Shown: positions 14,356 to 28,672 of the stretch, in pieces
How positions within the stretch are numbered: position 1 is the stretch's first letter
Layout: each line of letters opens with the position of its first letter
DNA from: the human T2T-CHM13v2.0 reference genome, Homo sapiens
Length of the DNA: 64,000 nt
Strand: one strand, 5' to 3'
NCBI RefSeq assembly: GCF_009914755.1
Contig: NC_060928.1
Program-made: the position numbers and the translations under genes
The notes under the pieces: model-generated
Database searches by the model: none
Told to the model about the DNA's origin: nothing
What the model saw: only the letters and a program-made list of their open reading frames with translations

Positions 14356-15495
14356 GATTCAAGATGGCTGACTACAGGCATCCGGTACTTGCCTCCTCCA
14401 CAAAGTAGAACCAAAATAGCAAACAGGTAATCACACTCTGAGTAGATCAACTAATACAGAACACCGGCGTTCAATAGAGAAGTGACAGGAAACACCTGAA
14501 GTGTAAGGGACACGAGGAACACAGTGCAGCTTGCTCAGCAAGGATCAGCTGGCAGCCTGGAGCGGCTCCCCAGTGTGGGCAAAGGGTAAGTGAGTGACCC
14601 CAGTGGTTCACATTCCCACCAGAGACTCACATCATAGCCATAGAAAAGCCCCTAGACCCTCGGAGTCCCTGAGACTAACATAGGAGGCTGCTTGGAGACC
14701 ACACAAAGGCATTGCTCAAGAGAGGGAGCTCACACTGGGTTTCACACAATCTCAGCCCAAAGCAGGTACAGCCATATTGAAAGCCCAGCCCCCACCAGAA
14801 GGTACCCTAACTGGGGTCCCAACAGTCCCTGCATCTCCATATTTCTGAAACCTCATTGACATTCCCTACCCACAGCCACCACCATAGCTGGCTGGCTGCT
14901 ACCTCCAGGGCTAAAATGTGAGCCGTTGGCAATGACCCCGCTGTCCTCAGCAGGAAGCCACCACACATTTTCACGTGCCTCAAGGAAGCCGCCAAACATT
15001 TTCACATGCCTCAAGGACAAGCTTACCTGCCCCAGCCAGGGCTGAAATGTGACTGAAGTAATACTCCCCAGTCACCTGCATATGACTGCTGCTTCTGAAA
15101 GTAACCCCATTCTCCCCAATAGCAGGGCCGCAGTGCAGCCACTGCCACCCCTACTCAAGCATTCTAATGTGGGCCTGGAGATTACCTTGAGCCTGCCTAC
15201 TACAGCCAGTGCCTGTTCACAGCATGTAGGGGCCTGAAGTCAGGCTTTCCTAGCCTGGCTCTACCCCTCAGTACGCGGCCACTCCATCTGAGAGCCTGGG
15301 AACTACCCAGCTCAGTCCACCATTGTTGACACCTGAGTATTGCTACTGGGGCCCAAGGTTGGGCCCATCCAGCCTGCCACTACCACCATAGCAGGCACAG
15401 GCCCACATGCAACAGCCGCAGGCTGGGGACTGGTGCATTCGGCCCATCACAGCCACTGCCAACACCAGCACAGACCACTTGGGACTCAGAGGTTA
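14356..15495 (+). mobile_element. L1 5'UTR only (L1M1/L1MA-type 5' end)
   Basis: Begins caagatggctgactac (YY1 site), cctcctccacaaag..accaaaatagc, agagaagtgacaggaaacacc; GC-rich; no ORF1, ORF2 or polyA follows. Confidence 0.8.
14952..15017 (+). repeat. 31-bp tandem duplication inside L1 5'UTR
   Basis: aggaagccaccacacattttcacgtgcctca / aggaagccgccaaacattttcacatgcctca. Confidence 0.9.
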
Positions 15496-15827
15496 TTTTA
15501 CATGTACCTAATTTAGCTTTAACAATCATACTTGGATTACTTATGAAAACTAAGATATTAGGCTAAGCTAGTCATCATTTCAAGTTATTTCTCTGATAAC
15601 TCTTTTTCTAGCTTATGATTATCAGGTGATCACCTAAGTAAGAATCTGAAGTATATGGGTATTTTGCCAATAACTCATAAGATATAGTTGTTTTTATTAA
15701 ACCAATACTATGAAATTGGTCTTATTTATCGAAGTGTTATACAAACAAAAATCATCCTGTTTTTAGGCTTGGTTTATAGTTTCATGATTTTAAAACATTT
15801 ATCAGGGACATACATAAAAGTGTCTAA

Positions 15828-16124
15828 GGTCCGGGCGTGGTGGCTCAAGCCTGAAATCCCAGCACTTCGGGAGGCCAAGGTGAGTGGATAGCCTGAGGTC
15901 AGGGGTTTGAGGCCAGCCTGACCAACATGGTAAAACCCCGTCTCTACTTAAAAAATGCAAAAACTAGCTGGTCATGGTGGTGGGCGCCTGTAATCCCAGC
16001 TACTCTGGAGACTGAGGCAGGAGAATCGCTTGAACTTGGGGGTGAAGGTTGCAGTGCACCGAGATGGTGCCATTGCATATCAGCCTGGACGACAGAACAA
16101 GATTCCGTCTCAAAAAAAGAAAAA
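15828..16124 (+). mobile_element. AluS (Sx/Sq-like)
   Basis: Full Alu; TSD aaaagtgtctaa (15816-15827, 16125-16136). Confidence 0.95.
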
Positions 16125-17908
16125 AAAAGTGTCTAAACAGTAAACTCAGGCAAAAATGTACAGTGACAATTCTGAAGATATTTCAATTTTTATTTTGACA
16201 AATTTTAAAACAGCTTACTGATCAAAGATGCTTCAGTCATGGAAATTAAAAGGCATTTAGGCTAATTGCTATATTTTTTAATATGAGCACTCATTTATCT
16301 AAACCAACCTGTATAGGATCCCTTAAGGAGTTTTGAGCTGACTATGCCAGATTTTACCATGTAGATAAAACATACAAGAGGCATAAACATATATATAAAA
16401 ATTTAAATAAAGATCCTATAGATTTCCTTTTAGAATTTTAATCATGAGACAGTAAAACATAATAATATAAACTCTTCAGTTTATAACAGACAATTAGAGC
16501 TGAATTATATTTCTGATAATACAGGAACTGTTTACGTGGCTAAAATTTTGCCCTGATAGGTAATGTAATGAAGGTTGTGGACCATAATTTTGAGTAAAGT
16601 AATTTGGTTTAAAACAATTATTTTATCTTTTTTCCTCTGTTTTGAGTTTTTAATGAGTTTCAGTGTTAAATTTCTAAATATTTACACTTTAGTTAGGACT
16701 GGCTATTTTTCTTTTGTTATAAGAAAAACAAAACATCCAAGCGGCCTTGGATTTTTAATAACCAATCTTTTTGTTTGTTGTTTGCCAGTCTGGTTGTTTG
16801 ACTAGTGTCAATGCAGGGCAGGATGCTTTTAAGAAAAATATTTGCAGGCTTTTTTCCCCCTCTCCTATGTGGCAGGGAAAGTAATCTTTATGCCCAACAG
16901 TAATACCTTATGTTATGGCTCTGAGCTCAAGATTTTGGCCTGTTTGATTTGAAGGCCTAACCTTTATAAACTTTTATCTAGTTATTTCCTTTTAGAATTA
17001 ATCCTTTGATTAATTGTTTCATCATGCTAAGCAATTGTTAGTCTAGCTTAATTTAAGTTCACATTTCCAAAGGTGTCTAGATTGTTGGTTGCTAAGGAGC
17101 TGTTGTAATTTGTAAAGTCATTAATTTGAAAGCCCTTTAAGACTCTTATCTCTTATTTTGGTTTGAAATGCCCTAAGAAAAACTTCTAAGTGGCTTTTGA
17201 AATTAGCAGCATTACATTATCTTAATACAAATAAAAACGTCAACAGATTCAGAGTAAGTAGAAAAAAATATACAGGCAGAAAACTTAGACAGCTCTACAT
17301 GTTAACTGTATAGTTGGTTGCACTTTCTAATTCAGTTCTAAGAGAAAAACAACTTGGGGAGTGCAAACGAACCCCATGATGGCATTGATTTTAAAACATG
17401 CATGAGGAAACTCCACATTGGTGGCTAGAGTCCCAAACAGCTTGGCATGCCTTAAAGTTTGAGAATCCTATTTCATTTTTTAATTTATCTCTCAAGATCA
17501 TGCCCACCATTTAAAATGTTGGGCGTTTATTCCTTTCAGAACATGATCAGAAACAAGCAAGATAAAAAACAGCCAAATCATTTACAGATGCACGCATCCA
17601 AACCAAAATAAAATCAGAGTGCTCACAAAAATGTTAACCCAGGCATACAGATCGAACAAAATATTAAACATGTGTGGAGACCCAAAAGTAAATTTGGCAG
17701 AAGAGACATGCCTCACAGAGAGAATGTAGATTCTGTAGGATCCAAAATACTCAAACCACAAGAACATTTGTCTTTAGTCTCAAATAAAGTAAAAAAAGAA
17801 CTTGCCAAAGTAAGAGTCCTAGAATCCAAGAGGAGATACACAGTGGGCTCAGTTGATACCACACTCCATTCCAGGGGTTGCCAATTTGTCTGAGGGGATC
17901 TCATTTTG

Positions 17909-17926
17909 GTCCTGCCTCTGGCACCA
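17909..17926 (-). other. Degenerate primer-binding site (tRNA-Leu-like)
   Basis: tggtgccagaggcaggac directly after the 5' LTR; 13/18 to the tRNA-Leu PBS tggtgtcagaagtgggat, all mismatches transitions. Confidence 0.5.
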
Positions 17927-18292
17927 TGATCCCAACCTAAATAACAAAGAGGAAGACATTCTAAGAGAAAATTATATTTATTCAAGGATAGGCACTGCAA
18001 TGGGAATACACACGGCAAAGTAAACTATGTGTGTGTTCAGGAAAGTAAGGGAACACAGAGGATTTTAAAGGAAAACAATGAGAATTACATCATTGTTTTG
18101 AGGTAATTATTCTTGGTTACAAGGATCAATAGCAAGGTGGGTGCCAGTCAGGTTGGACAGGCAGTTGTTGGGTAGATCTCATTACAGAATTTTTTTTTTT
18201 TTTTTTTTTTTAGCATAAGATTGTGATGGCCTTTGTCCAAGGTTGTGGTTTCCAGGCTTTTGTAATATTGATGTAACATAGCATTCAAATAT
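17927..18292 (-). mobile_element. MER65-type LTR (5' LTR, U3 start missing)
   Basis: Colinear, roughly 80% identical by eye to 8999-9385; similarity stops near 18292. Confidence 0.85.
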
Positions 18293-19159
18293 GGCTTATA
18301 AATACGGAATCCTTTATAATTTAAGTTTAATATAATTACTTTATTCCAGGATTCAGGCCAAGAATCATTTCTTAATTTTCCAGGTAATCTGTAAAAAGAT
18401 AATTAAAAGTGCCTATATTTTTGTTCATACTGGTCTCATCTATAAAATTGATCACTGAAAAAAATTGTAAGTGCTAAGTATACAAAAAAATTATATATAG
18501 AAGCAAGATTTATGATATATTTGTTTCTAATTGTAAAATATTTTCTTTCTACTGTGAGGTTTCAAAGTAATTAAAACAAACTTAACAGAAAATATTTGTA
18601 AAGTTAACATATAATATTAACAATCTGTTTTTTCAGCCCATGAACTGACAATATAGGTGTAAATTGTGCCATTTGTTGTTAGAAACTGTTAGGTTTTAAA
18701 ATAAATTTAATCACATGATTTTTAACATGAAAATTACCACAGTTTTATAGAACAGAAATTGAAAATATGAAATGAATGCATTTGGTTCTTTTTGTCTAAA
18801 ACAAATCATTCTCAAATAGAAATATAATATAATTAAATTTTTAAAAATGGAGGGAATTGAACTCCATAAAGAGATATTTCATTACACATTGGGCATCCTT
18901 GTAGCCTATGTGAGTTTTTGGCCACTATCCCTGTATTTCTATGCACCCTCTATCTACTCCTTTCATGAGTATACCTCATGTAATATTTTAAGTTGAAACA
19001 ACATTGCTTATTTTATCTGGAGATCTTGAAGATGAGTAAACTTTTTTATTTGTTATATTTAGCCAATCCTAAAAGTGTTCTATTACACTAGAAAAACAAA
19101 CATATTTTTACAACCTTTGGGCTTTTGTCAAAGAAGATTTAATTTTAAAGAAAATATAT

Positions 19160-19285
19160 GTAAGTACTGGGGCATCATTTAAAACAAACAAGAAATCTCT
19201 TCCTTTGTGTAAATAATTATAAGTAAGTACTGGGGCATCATTTAAAACAAATACGAAATCTCTTCCTTTTTGTAAATAATTATAA
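19160..19285 (+). repeat. 63-bp tandem duplication
   Basis: 19160-19222 vs 19223-19285, 3 mismatches. Confidence 0.95.
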
Positions 19286-19415
19286 CTAGTAAAAGATTAA
19301 TTCAACTGACTGAAAGAAAATATGAGGATCATATTTAAAATGAAAAAACAGTATTTACTTATGGTTCATTTTGTTTAAAACACTTTCATCTTCCATGTTT
19401 CACCATGCCTTTAAA

Positions 19416-19451
<36 letters not shown>

Positions 19452-19562
19452 GCATATATATTTTATATATATTACATATGTATACATGTATATATATACA
19501 TATATATTTTATATATGTGTGCATATATATACACACACACACATATGTGTTTGTGTGTGTAT
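19416..19562 (+). repeat. Compound (TA)n/(CA)n/(TG)n microsatellite
   Basis: Direct observation. Confidence 0.95.
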
Positions 19563-21414
19563 GCTTTTATTCATGTTGGAATTCATGCTGTCTGCTTCTT
19601 TCCTGTGCTCTTTTGTCAGTGTTTTCCTGACTCTCAGAATGCAAAATCTGCTTCATTTTTACCACAGAATCTCAGATTTCATCTAGGTAGCATGTAATTT
19701 ATATTTAGCTGTAGATTCTTTGGGTGTGTTTTCTTACAGAGTAGATGATAAATTCCTTGGGAGTAGAGATTGTTTGAGTTTTTGATGCTTCTCCAGGGCA
19801 CTGACTTACTACACTGTTCATTGCACACACTAGATGCATAGATTTATGTTTACTTTAACACTGGTCAACCATGTAAAATTGACATCAGATATTATGACTG
19901 ATGGATAAGTACTGTTCTTCTCATGGCAGAGAATCAATGAGACAGCTCTCCTGTTTTGTAGAGCAAAGCTCTTATAAAATAGTATATATTATTCTTCAGA
20001 GTATTTATTGAGCACTTAAAATTTTTTGTTTGAAATGGATAGAAAAAAGAAAACAAAAGATGATTTTAAGAGAATAACTCAAAAATCTTGGAAGAGATAT
20101 TTTATTTTGATCCTAATGCATACAAGATTAACTCAGCCCATCTGGTTATACAAAAACACAAACAGTTTCTTCATTAAGTTTGAAATTTTGAGCTATCCAG
20201 GATTTGCTTTATCTCTAACAGTCTGTGCAGTGCCAAATGTTGATATCTCATTTCCTTGACTGTGATTAAATTTTCTTTATATCAGTGGTGTAGTATTTGA
20301 AAACACCCAATTTAATAATATCTTTGTCATATATTTTTATTTTTTGAACACATGAATTTTGTATTTCCAATGTGATTTAGATGACATTTTGTTTCTATCA
20401 CCAAAAAATCATCTTTTCCAACAGCAGTTCAACTCTGAGATTGGAAATACTTTAAGCCTCAACATTGTCAATTTTGGCTCTTTGTCATTTTCCTCAATAG
20501 GGTTACTTTATTAATTTCAGGGACCTTAAATATTGTGGTATGTATGAGTGTGCACGTGTGCATGTACCTGTGCCTGCATGTGTGTTTTTCTATTCTCCCA
20601 TGTCCATTACTTAAATATATGTTATTACTTCATGTTGAATTTGTCTTATAAACAAAGCCAAAAAACTCTATTTGTGTTTTTACTAGATATAAGCCATATT
20701 CTTTAGATGAATCATATTGGAACCTTTCAGTGTTTTTATGAATGCAGTGTTTAAAACAGCTAAACATCTATCTAAAAATGTTCCTCTTTGAGATTTGAAG
20801 AAAAAAATCTTACTCTTATGAATCTATCTCTCATAATATTGCCATCTGATCCTTTAAGTATCTTTTTTCCCCTAATCAAATTTCAAAAGTCATGTTGTCA
20901 CCTCTAAAATATAGAAACTGGGACATTTTCTGCCTTCATTTATAAATATTTATATGTCAGTGTCTACTTAGTGTTTGCTTTAATTCATCTAATTTTGTGT
21001 GTGCATGATAGAAACTACTTACAGGATTTTCCACTGAAAATTACAAATGAATGACTTAACTGAGAAATGCACTTTCAAGTGACTAATGAACCAAGCAAAC
21101 AAATAGCAGAAAGAACATCAATGTGCTTATTCTCAAATCTTCAGCAATTCTGGGCTGTCCATTAGATCGTTAGTTAAGCACAGCAACACATACAAATATA
21201 AATTAGCCTGAACTCCAGTTTTTCTCCCTTAAGTATGTGGCTAACTTGCTAGTTGGGTAAGATAATGAGGTCATGATCCAGGAACTATGAATAGAGAATC
21301 CATAGAACTGGTTCTGCGTACATTAGTATAAACCAATCTACATAGTTGCACATTTCAAGTTGTTCCATCTATGTAGAAATTAGATTATTGGGATTTGGAA
21401 GTAATAAATAGATT

Positions 21415-21570
21415 ATTCATTGTTGATTCATTTCAACATATTTATTGAGCATCTAAACTGAGTGAGGAAAATTGGTTTAAAGCATAGCTGGCTCTCAAAT
21501 ATTCTATTGTGTAGTGAAAAACAAAAAGACAGGTAAACAAATACTATGAAACACTCTTGGGTTTGTGTTG
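21415..21570 (-). mobile_element. L2 3' end fragment
   Basis: ttcattgttgattcatttcaacatatttattgagcatcta. Confidence 0.65.
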
Positions 21571-22110
21571 AAACTATGGTGGATATCAATGAATGCAAAA
21601 GCATCTCCTGTGCTGCAGCCTGATTTGTATGGGGTTGAGATAAGCAGTGGAAAGTGTACAGCACGGGTGACCAACTGAACTGAGGTTTGGATAACCAGGG
21701 CTTCTTTAGTCAGTATCATGGATAGAGAACCAGGATTCTAGTACATGCACTTACTATGTTCAAAGCTGCAGAAGCATGGAAAGGCATGGCATATAATAAA
21801 AGCTATAAAATGGCCATACACAGGTGACTGCTGAGAAGTAGAGAGCAATGTATTTGGACAAAGTCTCAAAGATCACATGATAAATTATCTGATTCTCTAC
21901 TAGCAGATGCAGATTTTTCTTGAAGAAAATGTAGAAGAAAATGAGCAATGTTAAAGAAGGTAGTCACATATTGAGTGTTTTGTTTGTATGAAAAAAATTC
22001 TGACAAGTCCTCAGAAAATTAGTTGACTGAAGAATGAGATCACATTAGGAAACTTTCTATGGTAAGCTTGTTTAAGCAATTATGAGGGTATGGATTAAGA
22101 TAGTAACAGT

Positions 22111-22456
<346 letters not shown>

Positions 22457-22699
22457 TCATCTTAATGACCTACTGGATAAAGATATAAGAAAAATAGGAA
22501 TGTAGAATGGTTTCAACCTTTATATTAAACAACTGGGTAGAAGAGGGTATTTTATAACATGAGAAACATGATTGGAAGGGAGACTGGAGACAATGATAAA
22601 TTAAATTTTGGACATGCTGCAGATGAAATATATGACATAATTAAGAAAAGTTGAAATCTGGAGTATGGAGTCAGAGTGATTAGTCAGATATTCATCAAC

Positions 22700-23010
22700 T
22701 GTATTAGTCAAGAGAGACTAACGGTTGTAACAAATAGCTACCATATTTGAGTCATGTAACACAGTAAAGTTTATTTCCTGCTGATACAATAGCAGAGCAG
22801 AGATGGTCCTACCCAAAGCATTAAATAAACAAAGATTTCTTCCATCATGTGGCTTGTCCCTCCTCTGAGTCTTGGTCTTTGGCGTGTAAATGAAGAAAAA
22901 TGTCACAAATGGCATGTTGGTAGATCACATTCACTCACATTCCATGTTCAGAATCCAGTGCCCCAGCCGCACCTAACTACAAAGAGGGCTGGACAATGTA
23001 GTCTAGGTGC
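22700..23010 (-). mobile_element. MLT1J/K-like old MaLR LTR
   Basis: tgtattagtca...gtaacaaa, taaagtttatttcctgct, cactcacattccat, acctaactacaaagagggctggacaatgtagtctag. Confidence 0.7.
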
Positions 23011-23416
23011 ATGCCTACTTTTTTACTAAACAGTGAGATCATTTATGATGAGACCTCATTTGACTCTTTCAAATTTACCATCCATTGCTTCTTAGCAGTC
23101 ATCTAAGTGCCAGCTTTTCTAAAGAGAAAAACGTGGATATTGGGGAGCTTTTATAACAATAATTATAACTTAAATATTATAAGCTATACTTATAATTTTG
23201 ATATATTAGTTTTTATTTTTAAACAACTCAATTTTCAGATTAGTGAAATTTTCCAGAAAATTATGTATTCTTGAAAATTAAATAAATTAATTCTGCAGAA
23301 CACTGAAGTTCTTTAAAATCCATGGAATCCCCAGCCCTGGATGCTGTACTGGATTCATCTTCAAGACACTGATGACACATCCAGGACCCATAAAAGGAAC
23401 TCTGTACTTAGGAAAA

Positions 23417-23448
<32 letters not shown>
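23417..23448 (+). repeat. (AG)n microsatellite
   Basis: Direct observation, one interruption. Confidence 0.95.
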
Positions 23449-26400
23449 TTGCCACATAACCTTTGCTCTTAAGCTTAAATAAAAGCAATAACAAATTCTC
23501 CTCTACTAATTGAGAATTAGTAGAATTCTCAATTGAGAATTGAGAAGCAAACTTCTACCAGTTCATAGTTAGCGTCCTTCAGGGCTTCAATTGGCTATTG
23601 CAATAATTTTACCATTTAACATACGTTAATGCTTTCCGACATAGATTTTGCAAATATCAAGGTATTCTCTGGCAGTGAGGTTACATACATAAGATTTTTC
23701 AAATCACTGAGAAAATTTAAATCACAGTTTCATTTTGAGGGGAGATACATTACAAAATAGTAAAAATACAATAATAATCAATATATGAGAAAAATTTAAT
23801 GATATTTGTTAATGATATGCAAACTTCTTGATCAAGCACCCTAAATATCACATTCCTCTCACACTGAGTACATGCATTTGGAAGTTGAAACACTAGTTTT
23901 AATTGCATAAGTTAAAAGTCATTAATTCTGTTTCTCTTTAAAAATTTTTAAAAGACAGAGATACCAATTTCTATTTTAAAAATAATGAAGTAACCTCAAA
24001 TGCTTTGAGGACCTATCAAAGTCCACTTCTTGTTTTTAGTTAGGAAATAATTTCAGTTTCTAATGCTTAGCTGTGCGTTCTATAGCCAGACTCATACAAA
24101 AGTTTCAATAAAATGATATTTCATTGAACACTGTGAATGAGAGATAAATTTCATAGTTTAGCTTCATACTTTTATAATTCAAACAAGCCTCACATTATTG
24201 AAGTCAGTAGACTCTATATTACCTTTACCTTGAAAATCTGAAACTATTTGATATTTCAGACTGGATATGGGACTTTGTAAAATTGGATTAAATCTAGATC
24301 ACATTGAAAAATGCCTTCTATCAAAAAAAAGAAAAACCTTAAGTGATTTATCTTTTTTCATCTTTTATTTTTTATGTGTAACTTATTTATTGATTATAAA
24401 ACTCTGTTCAATTTTTTAAAAACATACCTGGGCATTAGTCTCCTCATATGTAAAAGAATGTATAGTCTGGCCTATTTAGTCTCAATGATCCCCTTTAATC
24501 CCACAGATTCATAATTTAATATTTATTTTTCTCCATGACCTTGAAAGCGATCTAAAGATCAGAAAATGTTTAAAATGTGTTTGTTTCCCCACGTTGCAGC
24601 TTGATGGCATCAGATTTTGTGGTGATATGCCTATTTAAATTTTGAAAATGTTAATTTAGTTTATTTTATATATTAAATTATTTTATAATTGAGAAAAATT
24701 ATGATCATATAGAATACTTGCATATAATTATGCACAGCTCCATATACATAGATTGTACAAGGTAACTGACTATAGAATGAGTAAGATCATTTTCATGCTA
24801 GTTTTAGTCATTTTCACTCAATAAAATATTTACTAAAAAATACCAACCATGCAAAGAAAGAGTCAAGCTACGATTTTTATTATGTAAAACAAAGACCCCA
24901 TAGCAATTAAAAGTAAATAATTAGTCCCCGAAAAACAAAGCCTGCTTATTCTTACCTTTCCTATTAGCCATGGAATTACCTTTATTTTCTTTCTATATTA
25001 ACTAACTCCCATATACCCCTTTTTAATGGACACAAAATTTTATTATGAATGTGTTAACAGAAGTCTTTATATGATCCATTTAGATTTCTCATTCATAGAG
25101 AGCATTTAGTCTTAGAGACTAGAATAAATGAATTTGGGAGTAATAATTCTTATATGTCATTATTGACTGTTTTTTGTTATTGATACATTAGGAACAATTA
25201 ATACTTATATAAATTTAATACACCTATGATTGCTTTTGTATTTTCTTCTTTTTAACTTTGTAAAAGGAGGATACTGACTCTGAGAGAAGGAAAGTAGTTT
25301 TGGTATTTTCAATTATATTTTGAAGCTATATATACACTTTACACTCTACATAAATGCAGGGGAAATGCTATTTAAGAATATTATCAAAAACATTGTATAT
25401 AAATTTAATCTCACAAAGGTGTACAAGATTGGAATATGGTAATAGTTTCTTCTTCAGTTAACAGATAAATTGACTGAAAGTTTATTTGCAGACATTTTGC
25501 CTGAGCCAAACAAATGACGTCTATTTAGAGAAGAAATCAGAAGAGTAAAATCCATGACCTGAATGGAGAGAAGCCACAGAATGAAAGGGACATAGTGAAC
25601 ATGTTAGTAAAAGATTTGCCAACAGACTTTAGAAAACAAAACAAGAAAAAAAGCCAAAAAACTACAGGCAGACAGATGAAGGGTAGGTAAGAAACCACAA
25701 TGGATTCAATGTGTTCTGTGATATTTGAGCTCTTTCCCTGAATTTTCTCCCTAGTTGGATGAGAATCTACTCATTCAAATTGATTACAACTTTGAGCAAC
25801 TGCAAGAACAGAGAGGCAGGTGCAAGTTATGAAAGAATCTGGTCTTTGAAATCACTATGCCATAGAATAGGAAATCCAGTGATTTTACAAAGGCTTGAAT
25901 TGTCTTTCTTTAGGCTACCAAATAGTAAGCCAGCTGCATTTGGTACAGAGTAGTGATTGCCGAAAGCTTTGGCAACTGAGAAAACACCAACCTACAGTGA
26001 TTTGGTGGTGTTGCCATGAGCAGATGAGCTGCTGCGGAGTCCTGATAAAGTTGATTACATATTTTGCAATATAATATTGATGAAATAGGTTCTAAAAGCA
26101 TTTGAAAATATCAGCTTTAGCAGCACAAACCATTCTAAAACCTCCCAAATGAACGGAATTATGATTGGTTGAAAAAACTTATAACTTGTTCAGCTCAGTT
26201 CTCTTTATATTTTATTTGTAAAATGAAGCTAAATGATAGACTATACAGATTATTATGAATTACGCAGACCCACAGGAATATTCAAATCCTGTCTCTCAAT
26301 GATTTTATCATACTTGATATTTTAGGTGTTACATGTTATTATATTACTCCTTTTTGCATTTTTGTCCTTTGCATTTCGTTTTATCGAGGTTCATTAGTCT

Positions 26401-26471
26401 ATTGCTTTCCTTCATTTTCCTTTTTTTTTGCCAACTATCTCAGAGTCAAATTTGATGTCTAATTATATTAA

Positions 26472-26818
<347 letters not shown>

Positions 26819-28437
26819 TAAATAATTGTTATCTTTATTCCTGGCTACCCTGTGTTATTTTATACTTAATTTCTAAGTTGTCTCTCATTTTTTTGTAATA
26901 AGAAAAGTTTATAAATTATTTCTTCCTCTACTAAAGTGATTGTATGAAATTCTCAGAACCAATATTTCCTCTAACATATACTTTTAAAAGTAAATCTATC
27001 TTGTATATAACCGAAGAGATAGATCAATCGATCAGCAATGATTTGGAAGGGAAAGGTGGCAGACAAAAGGAACAGAAAAATTAACTGTTACTTAGTGGGA
27101 ACTAGCTTGATGTGTTCCAGGAATTTTATAAGGCCACTGTGCTAGACCTTATTGAGCAAGTGGAGAAAAGTATATAAGTTTGGAAAATCATACTGGACCT
27201 ATAGGATCTTATAGGTCATGGTAATTTGAGTTTTATTCTTAGTTTGGTGATTGCTCACTGTTTATGCCCTTAAAAATGTTAAAGTGCTTCCTTTAAAGAG
27301 GAAAAGTACATTGAATATACTTTTTAAAAATTGATTGATCAAAAATAAAATTTCAGACAAATGCATAGGTTTTTAAATATTTTAGAATAATTTGACAAAC
27401 ACCTAGATGTTTACACAATTCTAGAATTTTAACAGAACTGTTGAAAAACCCAAGGCTTAAGTCAGTTAGGGAGAGAATTATATCTCACAGCCAAGAGTGT
27501 TAAATACTGAGCCCTAAACTGGGGTATTAATGTAACCTTAGTTCCTGATAGATGTAATTAATATAATCCCAATTCCAGGATGAAATCCTTTATATTCTAG
27601 AATATAGTTGTTCAGGTGTGAAATTGATGAATGTTTTTGCTGAGAGTTGGGCCGTCTGTAGTACTTTCTTCCAACATACTTGTGCCTTCCAGGCAAATTT
27701 GAAAATTTTAGTAAGTATATTTCTTCAAAGGATTGAATTCTGCCCTTTTAGAAATAGATCATGTCCCCCTCACGGGAAGCAACTACCCTGTTCTTTACAC
27801 AAATATATTTTCACTTATTTTTTTAAAAACATTTCCAAGACCTAATTTTTAAAGCCACTTTGTTGTCATTCTGATTACTCAGAAATATTGCATTTCTTTA
27901 CTGTGTTAATACCAAAAAAACTTTCCTATCAAGTTTTCTTAAAATGTGTATATTGTACTCCATATATATTAGGTGTTCAACAAGTACTTATTAACATTGT
28001 TTAAATAGTCTTTTTTTTTTTATTACATGCACTTTCCAAATTGTGAACTCTGAAAACAGACCATTAGTTCTATTGTATGTACTCTGAGGGTGTTTAGCAC
28101 AAATTTCTGCTCTCATAATCCCAACAAACCTCATACCAATTTGTTGTATCACAACTGATATCAGAAAATTCGTTACATTTCTTTATGCCCAAATATTTCC
28201 ATACTTAAAATTACCTAGCCTTTTTGCAGCTACATGTTGCAGAAAAAGGTGTCATGCACAAGGTCATGTTTTACCTTTAGGCTACATTCAGCAAGAAAAT
28301 GAATTTATAAAATATAGTACTCAGGAGAACAGATATATGGTATTTTGTAAGACATCCAGAAATTTAGTATACTATTAAATTCCTCTCACAGATAATATCA
28401 GAAATTCTAATAGTCTACAAAAGTCTTGTTTTTATTT

Positions 28438-28672
28438 AACAAACATCTATATAGCATTTACTTTGTGCCAGTCATTGTTCTAAGGGCTTAATAAATATCA
28501 GCGCATTTAATCCTCATATACCTTCTGACATAGGTATCACTATTTTCTCCATTTTCCACACAAGAACATTGAACTGAAGAGATGAAATTTTCTCAAGGTC
28601 ACAACTAGTAAATATACAGTATAGGATTTAAGGACAGGAACGCTGTCTCCAGAAATGTTCTCAACTGTTATG
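28438..28672 (-). mobile_element. MIR (near full length)
   Basis: tactttgtgccagtcattgttctaag, catttaatcctca, ctcaaggtcacaactagtaaat. Confidence 0.85.

Noticed and set aside
19160-19285. Repeat arrays as CRISPR-like structures (also 37365-37436, 49551-49642)
   Set aside because: Human DNA, only 2-3 abutting units, no unique spacers, no cas genes.
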